The notes under the pieces were generated by a model. It ran no database searches, was not told the origin of the DNA, and was given only the letters and a program-made list of their open reading frames with translations. From NCBI RefSeq assembly GCF_006345805.1, contig NC_043015.1, positions 16,120,001 to 16,184,000 of the forward strand: a DNA stretch of 64,000 nt, in the 5' to 3' direction. This document shows, piece by piece, positions 1 through 12,921 of this stretch. The DNA is from Octopus sinensis (taxonomy: Eukaryota). How positions within the stretch are numbered: the stretch's first letter is position 1; every line of letters starts with the position of its first letter. Position numbers and translations under genes: made by a program.

Positions 1-1075
1 TAATTTATTACAATTTATCATAAATATTTATTTTATCAACAATCACTACTACTATAGTAGCAGTTGAGATTGGATATCAATGCACGATCTAGCACAAAGT
101 AAAATTAGTGATGCACAAATTCCATGCTGCCTTACCAAAGTATCTTCAATGCAACAATCAAGAAACGCTTTTTGTCAAGTCAGACTATGCTATAAGGTCA
201 AGGCACTTGATCAACAAAGTGTTCAATCATATTTAGCATGTGGGTTTCCTGGCTAAACTATTCATGTATGGACTCCATATGACTCATCTAATAGTTTCTA
301 GCACTATGCAAAAATTAAATGAAACCTGTAATGAATTACTGCTTCTTCAATTAGCACAATGCTGGTACTACACATACAAGCATCCTAGGCCACATAAAAA
401 AGCCACTGACTGATTGGCATAAAATCACCAGCACACTTCAAACACTGGGATACATGAGCTGTGTCTCCTCTCTCTGCCTTTTTTACCACTATTACAACAG
501 CCTCTGTTCTTTTGATCTCACTAATCTCACACCACCTTCACTCAGACCTACCCAATTCAATTGCTTCTCACTCTCCATATTCTACTTGGTTCTCCCACAT
601 CTCCTCTTCTGCTCATCTCTTTCATGCTCCAACACTCACATCTTTAAATAGTTTGCTCATTTCTTCTTTCTACTACTGGATCTCTTTAGAACTATGTTCC
701 CACACATTTTCCTTCTACAATCTGTTAATATTTTAATCTGAACATGAAACTTACAAACTGACTACTTATATCCTCCAATTCCAAATGTTTTGCATTGTGT
801 TTTAAGGTATTTTATTTCAACACTTCTTCAAGGAAATCACTTTAAATTGGACAGGTTTATAATATCCGTGCAGGTGTTACTGACACAACTGAAAGAGACT
901 ATATACAAAAAAAACCTCATTATTTAAAAAAAAAGAAAGAATGAATGAAAAAGAAAAACATTTTCAACTTTACAAAGTATTAAATGATAAACTCTTTAAG
1001 AATCATTAATAGTACAAATGCTTTCATTTCCTGAAAAATTCAAATAAAGAACTAAACAAAGAATAATATTTTTAG

Positions 1076-1250
1076 GGTTTACCTGGATTAGCTGGCAAAG
1101 ATGGTATTCCTGGATTATCTGGCACACCCGGAAAGTCAGGTATAAAAGGACTGCCTGGCTATGGATTACCAGGAATTAAAGGTGAACAAGGTCATCCTGG
1201 AGAGCCAGGTGTGAGCACAGTGGGTCCTAAAGGAGAAAAGGGTGACCCAG
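1076..1250 (+). CDS. COL4A2: Collagen IV exon A (Gly-X-Y)
   Basis: tttag|GGT TTA CCT...GAC CCA G|gtatgt; [58 protein letters not shown]. Confidence 0.92.
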
Positions 1251-2062
1251 GTATGTAATGTAATGTTATCCCATACCTTTCTCTGTAAATTGTAGTTTTA
1301 TCTTAGACTACAATGAATTTCAATTTAGTCTATGAAACTTTTGATTTTCTATTTAATCACATTCATTTGCTTTTTCTTTTTTTTGTCAGACATAATTTTA
1401 TTTCTATAGAAATATTTTCAAACATGAAAGAAAGTGTGTATATGTGCATGCACACTTGTACATGCATGAAAAATTAGTAGTAAATGTAGCAGATTTAAAA
1501 ACAGGTTTCAATTATATTTTCATACATGTAGTTATAAGCAATATAAGTTGTTCTGTTACCAATGTAATTTTTCACAATAACTATACCACATGGAATGTTA
1601 ATTATTATAAGAAGGAATGCTATATCTAATCTCAATATTGCAACTGATACAACATCAAAAGTATAATATATGTAATGTAAAAAGTTAATCCATTGATTTG
1701 AGCTTCCATCCCATTTGAAGCACATCCAAGTGCATTTTTAGACATTTTGTCCTACATTTTTATCTTTAAAGCTGTAGTTGATGTTTATAATAGCTTCTGT
1801 GAGCAGAATATCTTATTCTACCCTCAAAGCTATTTAATAAGTAGCAGAAAAGATGATTTTTGCTCAAATCAATGTATCTTTCCATTTCCCTATCATTCCT
1901 CTTCATTCTATTTTTCAGAAATATACATTATGCAGTATAATGTAGAATGGCTAAAGGTTTAATTTTAAAATGTTATAAAGTAATGAAGTAATTTTATGAA
2001 AATAATACCTTTTACAATGGCCCTAAATTGGATTTTAAGGATTTTCATTTTATATATTTTAG

Positions 2063-2134
2063 GACGCAAAGGAGAACCAGGACCACGAGGTTATCCAGGT
2101 GCTAAAGGACTTCCAGGCTTATCAGGAGCAAAAG
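2063..2134 (+). CDS. COL4A2: Collagen IV exon B (72 nt)
   Basis: ttttag|GA CGC AAA...GCA AAA G|gttatt; GRKGEPGPRGYPGAKGLPGLSGAK. Confidence 0.92.
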
Positions 2135-4665
2135 GTTATTTTCATTTCTGATATTAGTAAAATAAGTTTATTTTAATTTGAAGAAGATATTTATTTTCTT
2201 CTGCCTTTGGGCTGATGCAGTCTATGATGCTTATGTAACAGCATCTGGATAAAATAAAATAGAGGTATTTCATCCCAAATCTTCAAATCTTTTGTACATC
2301 TTAGCACTAAAATGAGCAGTTCTGTCTCATACCTGTTTCACAAAAATTGTAGTGTTGTATCTTACAATAAATTTAATTTAAACTAAAGCTTATTAAATAT
2401 TTAGATTGTATCCCTGTTACATTCCCAAGTTTATATCTCTATGCCTTGTAATGGCATGTCAAAGCAGTCACAATCTTCTTTAAAACTAGGTGCATCTCTC
2501 TTATCAGTGAGCAATGAATAGAAGTTCTCTTACTAAGAATTCCAACTAATTTTCTCTCAAAGGATCACCTGTCTGTCACCATAATCATTCATTCATTATT
2601 TCTACAAGCAAATCTTAAAATAAATAATAATTATCAGCAGTTCTGTTTGACAGGAAGTCATACAGGAGAGAATTTAGTAACAGCTTACTAATACACACAC
2701 ACACACACACACACTTGCCTATCTGATATTTTTCTGTTTATTAGATAGGCCTTTTTAATTGATGTGCCTAGTTTCCAATGTCATTGTCTTTTTCTACAAC
2801 TGCTTGCAGGTTTCAGGGACCTTCAGAGTTGCTCTAGTTAAACTAATATGTCAATGTTTCTCTGAAAGTCAGTTCTATGTTCCATGTTCACATGTTGGGC
2901 CAAACAGGTATCTTTTTACTAGAGCCCCAAATTATAGGACAAGAATTTTCTGTTGATTTTGCTTCTGTTTTATGTGTTGCATATTAGTTTAGAAATCAAA
3001 AAGATATATATATATAAAGTGAAACATAATGCCATTATTTTACTAAGTTACAAAATTAAAATTTATCAGAACATAGAATCAAAACTTTCACTTATCATAG
3101 AAATTTGGAAAAATTAAACTTTAGACATGTATCTACATTACAATAAAAAAATATATATATGCAAATGTAATAGTACCTGGGTAACTACAGGTATATCTAC
3201 TAATACACACACAAATACAAATACATACATTTGTATTATTATAATCAATATTATCATCATCATTATCATAATTTCCCCATGTACAAGTGGGTGGAGTGGG
3301 TCTGGGTGTAGTGTATACCATCATCTTCTACAGTCTTTTGTCATTTTGTATGTGGGGCAACTTAAGATCTGACCTCATCACTTTTCTCGCATGTTTTCTT
3401 TGACAGTTTTATTATAACCATATAGTATGTTTTAACCAAGCCCTCCTCATCAATTTGCACCATGCTCATATGCCTGCAGTCACCTCTCTTTTATTCATCA
3501 ATTGATACATTTAATGCCCAGCTTCATTCTTAATCTATTTTCTTTGTTCTGCTTTCATTTCTTTTCCATTTCTGTAGATTGTCCTATATTCAATGGGCAC
3601 ATTTCTCTATCATAAGGTATCCAAGTCCTAATATTATTTTATATAGTATGTTTATTCAGAAAAAAATTATTTGTTATCAGTAAAACAACAGCTACCTGAA
3701 CTTCTCATACTCTTTCCTTACTCTAGCTGTAATATACTTTTGATACAACCAGCTTGCCTAGATTTTGAAAATTATGCAATGTGTTTAGATGGCTATCTGA
3801 GCAGTTCATGAACTCTGTTTCATTAATGCTTCTATTGCTAACTACTATTGCTCTGTATGTATCACATCTGAAGTGCTTCTCCCATATTACTCTGTTCCCT
3901 GTTAAGTACTTTGGTTTTTGCAATGTTGACTTTTTTAGGCCTTTGGACTCTAGATTATGCTTACAGGGTTGAAACTTCTGCATCTCTCAAAAAGTATTCA
4001 TCTATACATTGCTTTCTTAGCTCCCAAAAGGTGACAGGGTGTGGAATCTAATAAAAGTCTGTCACAGATCAACAATATTTATGTTCTTATCTAGGAATTC
4101 TTTCTAGGAATATGGCATTTTGCAATTCTAAATGCTGGTACAAACTTGACTACATCATATGAAAGTTACAACTTTATCCTTTGCTAGCTTTGTTGCATCT
4201 CTCTCAACTACTGTTAATACTTGTTTCATCAGTTTGATACCTCTACAATTGAACCATTCTACAAATGCATCTCCTCTGTCTTTGTATCAGCTGATAATAA
4301 TACTAGAATGCCTTTAATTGGGGATTAATACTTTCCTGTACAACCTATTTAGCTAGGTTAATTTGTTGGTTCCATTTTGGTTATTGCTATCACACTCTTA
4401 CTCTCATACTATCATAACCCTGTCTCTTTTTTTCCCCCATTGATGCAAGGGAAAAGTGTAACAATCTTTATAAAAAGTGAGGCAAAGTTTATTGCTTATT
4501 CAGCAAATTTCTTTGGAGATTTTGTTTCTGTTTTTCTCGAATTTTTAATGCCCTATATTGTATTCTTCTATTTTCTTATTACTTTATTTTTTGAAGAGCG
4601 GAATCATATCCACACATATACTTCAATGTCAATTTTATATTTGCATAATTATTTTTATTCTTTAG

Positions 4666-4755
4666 GCTTTGATGGTGCTCCTGGTCTTGATGGTTTACCA
4701 GGTTTGAAAGGAGAACGTGGAATTGATGGACTTCCAGGTGGTCAAGGACCTAGAG
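4666..4755 (+). CDS. COL4A2: Collagen IV exon C (90 nt)
   Basis: tttag|GC TTT GAT...CCT AGA G|gtaaat; [30 protein letters not shown]. Confidence 0.93.
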
Positions 4756-7507
4756 GTAAATTACATCAAAACTCAATTATTTTATGGAAAATAAATTATC
4801 AAGAGATATTTTTTACATTTTAATATTACTCTATAACAATACATTTTTGATGATACCCCATAACTATTTATTTCTATAATTCAGTTACTTCACTATTGTA
4901 GCTATGAAGAGTATACAGTTCCTAAGTTTTCTTACCATTCTAATATAGACGTTTATTTATTTTTCATAATACTACAACTGTAAATAATTATTTACAACAG
5001 CAATAAATAAACATTGATAGACACAGAATGGTCAAAAAAGAAGTTTGGTGTGCAATCAGAAGCTTCCCAGGTTTGCTCCCAAAGTATGGCATTTTGGGCA
5101 AATGTATTTTATTATAGTCTTCTGTCGATCCAAGCCTTGTAAATGAAATTGGGTAGATAGAAACAGTGTGAAAGGTTGTTGGATGGACTGTATCAGAATT
5201 TTATATGTCAACGGTTGTTACATGGTATCACACTGTTAATGGTGCATGTGACTTTAGATTACTCAGCCACTTGCCCACTAATTCAATGAGCTGGTAGCTC
5301 AGCTGATTGAACAACCAAATCCTCTTAGTTGGAACTGACACAGATTCATTTACTTTATTGCATTTAAGCCAGCAATGTCCAGTCCAAATATTCTACTAGT
5401 TTTATGCCCAAGCTGGCCAGATCTGGCCTCTTACACCTATCTGATAATGTTGTTCTAAAAATAAACAATCTCATCATCAAAATATCAGAGCTATGAGATA
5501 ATGCATGATTAATTCAAAAGAATGTGAGTAAATAAGCATTGTATTAGGTAGATTAATTTGAATGTTAAGGAGTTAATATGAGAGTTATAAATAATTATTT
5601 ACTGTGTTAAATAACTATTTATTATGTCAAATAATTATTTACCACCTTAAATAATTTACGGCATTAAATACTATGGCTATGGAGAAAAAAATTATGAAAA
5701 TCTGGAATGATGGTTAAAATGTCAATAATTTGTTTCCCATTACCAATACTGCAATTTATCCCTGGCTAAGATGAGTAAAGCCCAATAGCTCTGTCAAACT
5801 ATTTATCAGTAATGACATTGAAGACCAACTCATTGGTCACTGTACAAACATTGTCATATCTACTCTAAAATCATTACATGGCCCTGTAGTGTTTTTTGTA
5901 CAGTTTACTTTGTTGCAAATATTTACACTAAATCCAAAATTTTAGTACAATACATTCTTTAAATGCCCACTCATGCACTCCTAACTTCACTTCCCCTTAA
6001 ATAGTGCCACTGTCTGGTCAGAGGGTACATGTGGAGAAGTTTTTCATTGTGAAGGTACACTGCCAGAAAGTAACCAGGCCCATGAATTATACCTTACCTG
6101 GCTGCCTTGGTAGTTGACACATAATCTTTCATTATTCACCCTATTTCGTGATTGGAGCCCAGAAAGCACAAAATTTGAGGAATTCCACTAACAGTCACTG
6201 ACTGTCTGAGCCATCATATCCCAGGAAGTAATGACCCAAGAAGAGTCAGAGGTTCATCACCCACTTCATGCCAACTATGAAAATATCACAAAATAAGAAT
6301 ATCAGTGAATCTATTGAAAATTCTCTCCTCTATGCAAACAAACATTAGTAGACTTCAATCCAGCTTAGACCTCAATCACCACATCCTAATGATATACAAG
6401 CCAGACACGTACCATCAGTAATTACTCAGGGTAGGCAGTTGGTGATGTTTATGTAGTAAAATACACAAAAAATTAAATGAAACACAGGCACGCAACTGAT
6501 TTAACTCTGCCTTTATAGTGCGTAAAGAAAATGTAGGAATGTATGCAGCACATGTACTATAGCAGTTCTATGCATAGCTTTAATACTGAGATTGAAAAGT
6601 AGGGGTGAATTATGCCTATCTAATTTACAAACAAATAAAATATTCTGTATTTTATACATAGTAATAAGAGTCACCTTCGTAATTTTATAGAATTAGGTGC
6701 ATATTTTGCCATAAAAGGGAAATGTTATTATGGATCTATTTCATTCAGGCAGCACATCCCTAATACAAGCCCTTAATCTGTCCATATTGTAACTCTAACC
6801 TATCCCTGCTGTTCAGATTAGTTAACCACAGTTGTACTGCAGTAGTACAGGTAATGAATACTGTCTACAACACCTGGATAATCCCCTCATCACCACCAAA
6901 TGAGACATTTACCAACCACCACAATACATTAAGTCTTCAACTTTAAAAGTAAAGATTTTCATTCTGAAAGCTTTACCAACATACCAAATTGCTACCATCT
7001 GGTTCTGTGCTAAGGGAGCACCTACCAACTTTGAAGAATATTCCTGTCAACCACTATTCAATATAGTTCTGTTAGCTGAAACAGCTTCTGTATTTGCCCA
7101 CTTTGCTTCTCAGTTACACTGCTTCAAACAAACCTCCTCTAAAACACCCTTTCTTCATGCTCCAAATATCAGTATCATGTCACAAAATGATCATACTAAA
7201 AACTCTTCCAGTTTCTCTAACCTCTTCCATCACCCTCAAACACTGCACCTCAGCACCAGTATCTATCTTCACAATACCCTTAAGTCCTTACCTCTTTGCA
7301 AAAGCCAATCTCAATTGAAGTGCTGATCAGATTATAACACTGAATTGTTTGTTAATTGGATAAGCCATGAGTTCATATCAACATTTCATTGGAAAAGGCA
7401 TCTCAGTTGCCTCAATCAACATAATGCATATCTGTACGATTCCAATAGGGAATTTACAGTAGGATGAGTTATTTGGCTACAAATAACATTTCCATTCATC
7501 TACTTAA

Positions 7508-7724
7508 CCCTTTAGCATTTAAACTAGCCAAATCTGGCCTAAATATTTTACGTTTTACATTCAAATTGGCTACATCTAATCTCTCACACCTAACTTACAC
7601 TCATGTTCTAAAAATAAACGATCACATCAACTAAACCGTAAAGCTATAAAATAATGCATGATTAAGTCAAGACAATTTAAATAAAAAGTGTTACATTTGA
7701 CAGAGTAGTGTGAACAATAAAGGG
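7508..7724. mobile_element. piggyBac-like MITE (TTAA|CCCTTTA...TAAAGGG|TTAA)
   Basis: TTAA on both sides and short CCCTTTA TIRs. Related copies lie at 44079-44281 (opposite orientation) and about 5345-5575. Confidence 0.7.
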
Positions 7725-7852
7725 TTAAAACTTCAAAATTCAGTATGGTTATGTATACTCATATTTTCTCCAATAGTATTAATTTTCCTTTACATATGTG
7801 ATGCTTCTGTTTTGTGGTTCATTGTTATAGTTTTATTATTCCTATATGTTAG

Positions 7853-7960
7853 GATACAATGGTGCACGAGGCATAAAAGGAGAAACTGGTTTAATTGGAG
7901 AAAAAGGTGACTCGGGTTTCCCAGGACGTGATGGACAAGATGGATTTCCTGGTCAAAAAG
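7853..7960 (+). CDS. COL4A2: Collagen IV exon D (108 nt)
   Basis: gttag|GA TAC AAT...CAA AAA G|gtaaaa; GYNGARGIKGETGLIGEKGDSGFPGRDGQDGFPGQK. Confidence 0.93.
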
Positions 7961-8786
7961 GTAAAAATTAATGATTACATTCCCCATAAGTGATTATTTT
8001 GTGAAGATCGGTTTTTTTCCATTTATTTCAATATTTTCATATTTTCAGTTTGTACACATATTTAATGTATGTTTTATTTCTGTCAACAACTACTTGGACA
8101 TAAATTGTCTCCAGTGCCTCAAACAAATATTTTCTTTGAGCCATTTATGGAATCTCCACATAGTGTCCTACAAGAATTAATGCTCTGTATTTTTTTAAAA
8201 AGATGAATACATTGTATAATGCATTCCAAGCTGCACAAAGTCGGAAAAAAAAAAGATGGGATCATCATGGTTAGAATGTCTTTGATAAGGACTGACTTGG
8301 AGCTAAGCATCAACAATAACAACAGATGCATACCATTTAAGAATAAGATATTTTCACTTAGAATATGGAATCGGTTGGATGAATACCACAGAATATGACA
8401 TAATTTGTGATGAGTTCTATGAGTAGCTATATGAGGTAGGTTGTTGTAAGTACCCTAGAGTATGAGGTAAATTTTCTGTGTCATTAGGATATGAGGTAAA
8501 TTGTGAGTACCATTGAAGCATGCTTTGACATACTTCAATGACAATTTGACAATTTGAAATGCGCTTTGACAATCAACAAAGAGTATGAAATAAGTAACCA
8601 GCAAACTAAGCAAAACTGTTTTGATTTACTGCTGTAGTTATTTCTCTATATTCATTCTACTTGAGGAAAGTATCCTCAAATCAATACTAGAGATATGCCC
8701 TAATACTTTTTTATAATTATGCCAGTAATTTGTTATTGTTTGAGCACATTAATGAAATATAATTTATTTCCTTGCTTAATTTCTAG

Positions 8787-8867
8787 GTGGCAAAGGTGAA
8801 CCATCCACTGCTTCATTACGTGGCTCAAAGGGTGAACGAGGTTTGGCTGGATTGCCTGGCTTAGAAG
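8787..8867 (+). CDS. COL4A2: Collagen IV exon E (81 nt, with helix interruption STASLR)
   Basis: tctag|GT GGC AAA...TTA GAA G|gtaaga; GGKGEPSTASLRGSKGERGLAGLPGLE. Confidence 0.92.
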
Positions 8868-8982
8868 GTAAGAAATATATTTCAGATGTTGGTTTTATTA
8901 TCTAATAGTCACACAAGAACATTTATATGATAGAAAAGAACCATATATTTTTCTTGCAAAATAATGAATACAAAGCAACTAA

Positions 8983-9303
<321 letters not shown>

Positions 9304-9922
9304 TAGGATCTCTGTGTTTGTTGGGTTGAATTTCTGAATTAGAATACTTCCATGAACAGAATCAATTATAGACTGATATTAGCAACCAATTAATACTATA
9401 AAAGGTGGAATAAACCAAATATACGATGTCTCTCTAAAGCCAGCTTATATGTGCAAGAATCTGTGTTGGATGTAAATTGTTGACACTAATCAAGTTTTAT
9501 TGTCAAATTAACTAAATATATGAAATGAAAAGTTCCCAAGTATCTGGAGAAAAGCTAAATATTTAGTATGTGATCTGTGATGCTAAATGTTGGTGATGAC
9601 AGTGCATTTTGAGAGTTTACTTTTCATTCTTCCAGGGTTGATAAAAAGTACTAAGTAGATTCAATCAGTTATACCTTATCTTTCACATACATAGCATACA
9701 GAAATTGTTATTCTTTTATAGACTGAATGACTGGAAAAACTTGGATATTTGCAAGGATCTTTTAAACAGCCACCCCACATCTCTCCACAAAGTGTTTGAG
9801 TAATTAATGATGAATACAAAAATGGTAGATCTTAACCTTCCAAATGAAACCTGTCCTGTCTCTCTACTTCTACTTACATCCACATGGTGTCTCCTCAAAA
9901 TGTGGAAGATCTTTATGTCCCA

Positions 9923-9925
<3 letters not shown>

Positions 9926-9968
<43 letters not shown>
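9926..9968. repeat. (TA)n microsatellite
   Basis: Directly visible. Confidence 0.95.
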
Positions 9969-9970
<2 letters not shown>

Positions 9971-9971
<1 letters not shown>

Positions 9972-10320
9972 TTACAACAACGAGGATTCCATTTGATCTG
10001 ATCAATGGAACAGCTTGCTTGTGAAATTAACATGGCTGAGCACTCCACAGACACATGTATTCTTAACGTAGCTCTCAGGGAGATTCAGTGTGACAAGGCT
10101 GGCCCTTTGAAATACAGGTACAACAGAAACAGGAAGAAAGAGTGAGAGAAATTTGTAATGAAAGAGTACAGTAAAGTTTCCCCACACCCCCTGCCGGAGC
10201 TTCGTGGAGCTTTAGGTGTTTTCACTCAATAAACACTCACAACACCCAGTCTGGGAATTGAAACTGCAATCCTATGACCGCGAGTCTGCTGCCCTAACCA
10301 CTGGACCATTGTGCCTCCAC
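9971..10320 (-). mobile_element. tRNA-derived SINE (second family)
   Basis: The - strand head gtggaggcacaaTGGTCCAGTGGttagggcagc...GTTTCAATTCC contains A and B boxes. Confidence 0.75.
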
Positions 10321-10369
10321 TATATATATATAGAGAGAGAGGGAGAGAGAGGAGGTGTTTGTATATATA

Positions 10370-11079
10370 CAAGGGAGAATCAAAAATATACTCACTCTTG
10401 TTTTTCCAATGTATTTACACAAAAGCAGGAGATAAACAAGTATGTCATTTTTCTATATAGTCTCCTTTGTTTTTGATGCACATGGTCCAGTGGTTCACAA
10501 GCTTGTGTATTCCCTCCAAGAAGAAAGTTTTCGGTTGGTCATGCAACCATTTAAGCACCACTTCCTTCACATCTTCATTCATAGGAAATCAACAACCTCA
10601 TAAACCACCTTTGAGTGGTCCAAAGATATGATAGTTGGAAGGGGTAAGATCTGGGCTGTAGGCAGGGTGTTCTAGTACCTCAAAACCCAATCAGTTAATG
10701 GTTTCAATGGTCTGGGTGGCCATGTGTGGGCATGCATTGTCATGTAACAACAAAACTTTCTTTAACAATTGGCTTCAGAATTTGGTGTGAATTGCTGGCT
10801 TTAGTTTGTTGGTCAGCAAGGCACTGTATCTGGCACTGCTGATAGTATACTCCTTTTCCAGAAAAATCAGATCACGGCACTTTATTCTTCTTTAGTGCTC
10901 ATTGCTAGTGGAGCAGCCATGCTTACACTGTATTGCCAGAAAGAAAAATGGTGCAATCAAGCTCAAACTTTGATCATGTGACCACAATAGTACCAATTAT
11001 AGGCACGAATGTACAGAAGGCAGTGTGGCAATATAAAGATATGTTATGGCAAAAGTGTGGATAATTTTTTACTTTCCCT

Positions 11080-11081
<2 letters not shown>
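10370..11081 (-). mobile_element. Internally deleted mariner transposon
   Basis: Flanked by TA, with imperfect TIRs starting CAAGGGA. The - strand encodes LLLHDNACPH and PYSPDLTPSNYHIFGPLKGGL*...NEDVKEVV, the mariner D,D34D C-terminus, with stops. Confidence 0.8.

Positions 11082-11176
<95 letters not shown>
11082..11176. repeat. (TA)n(CA)n microsatellite
   Basis: Directly visible. Confidence 0.95.
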
Positions 11177-11177
<1 letters not shown>

Positions 11178-11340
11178 AATGATTTACCCCATTTCATGTG
11201 ATAAAGTGAAATGATAAGGTTATGCAATTTTTCCAAACAATTGTGTCATCTTGTCAGTGAATTTACTGAAACATGTAGGTTTTATAAAACTATTACATTT
11301 TTGTATTTGTTTTTTATTAAACCCCTCTCTCTCTTTCCCC

Positions 11341-11383
<43 letters not shown>

Positions 11384-12019
11384 ATATCCTAATTGATGAT
11401 GGTATATTATTTATTTATTTGTTTATTTATTTATTTATTTGTGCTTATTGTGGAGATCTAGAGGTAAGTATTGGATTTCTATAGCAACAACTTTCTGATT
11501 TCAAGATTAAAATTTAGGTTAAATTCTGCTCCACATGATAATTCTCACCTTTAGGTTATTAAACAATTAAAGTTTTCAGTTATTATTAAAAATCATTGTT
11601 GAAAGAGTGATATGTATTCAAATTATTCTTATCAGTGAAGTTCAAATTCTGGTGTAATTTAGTCTTATTTTCAGTCATCCATCATCAACTGGCCCCACTC
11701 ACTATTCCTGGAAGGATCATGGATGTGCCAGCCTGGTCGAACTGTCCAACCATGCTGGCATGGACAATGGACATTAAATGATGATGATGATGATGATGAT
11801 GATGAATGGCTATATGCCCCAGTATTGTTTGATCAGGAGTTAAGGATGGATGAGAATTAATCCTGTAATGCAATCATTCTAATTTACAAGTACCAATTTG
11901 ATTTCCAACTGTTGGCCAACTTGTCCCAAACTTCTTATCTCTACGTAATTAATGAAGCAAATGTCATTTATCTCTCCTTTGATTGCTGATGTCATCAAAT
12001 GGAAATTGTAGTTGTGAGC

Positions 12020-12273
12020 CCCATGCCGACAGCACATAAAAAGCATCATCCGATCGTGGTCGATACCAGCTCCTCTAGTCCCTTGTGCCAGTAGCACATA
12101 AAAAGCACCCACTACACTCTCAGAGGGGTTGGCATTAGGAAGGGCATCCAGCTGTAAAAACACTGCCAGATCAGATTGGGGCCTGGTGCAGCCTCCTGGC
12201 TTCCTAGATCCCAGTCAAACTGTCCAATCCATGCCAGCATGGAAAATGAACATTAAACGATGATGATGATGAT
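12020..12273 (+). mobile_element. RTE 3'-UTR-derived short copy ending in (GAT)n
   Basis: Matches 61000-61189 (gcacataaaaagcacccactacactctc...ggaagggcatccagctgta...acattaaacgatgatgat). A shorter copy lies at about 11690-11802 and inverted copies at about 26590-26830. Confidence 0.75.
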
Positions 12274-12274
12274 G

Positions 12275-12306
<32 letters not shown>

Positions 12307-12750
12307 TTCAACTTATGTTGAAAGTAAACAAAGTTTGCTTTAGAGGCATTGAGATGTATTGAAAGATACAGATAAGGAAATAATTTTATTCTCAAATGCA
12401 GGATAATGCTAATAATAAAGCATGTACAGGATGAACTATCCATATTTTGCAGAAAAATCTGTCAGCAGCCAGACATGAGACTCAAACTCACATCCTTGTG
12501 ATGACATATATATATATATAGTTTACTTATATAAGACCTCAATGACTTTTATTAAATATTGGTTTATAAACATTCATTATTAACCATTCATGCCAGTTTC
12601 TTTTATAGTTGTTTTCTTGGTTTATTTCCTTGTCTTAAATGTTTCATATATAATTAACCACTGCAAATACTTAGCAAAATTCAATTATTTTATTACAATT
12701 TATCTGCATTGCTCAGAGCAAAAAATCTTTATTCGTTATTCTGCTTTCAG

Positions 12751-12921
12751 GAGGATCTGGTCGCAAAGGTGAACCAGGACGAGATGGACTGCCAGGACCG
12801 CCTTGTCCCAAAGGAGCAAAGGGTGCAAGAGGATTTAAAGGCACACCAGGACTACCTGGTTTAGATGGTTTAAGTGGACCCCCTGGTTTAGATGGTCTAC
12901 CTGGAATTCCTGGATCACCTG
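12751..12921 (+). CDS. COL4A2: Collagen IV exon G (171 nt; TGT/Cys at a Gly position, 12804-12806)
   Basis: ttcag|GA GGA TCT...TCA CCT G|gtaagt; [57 protein letters not shown]. Confidence 0.93.
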
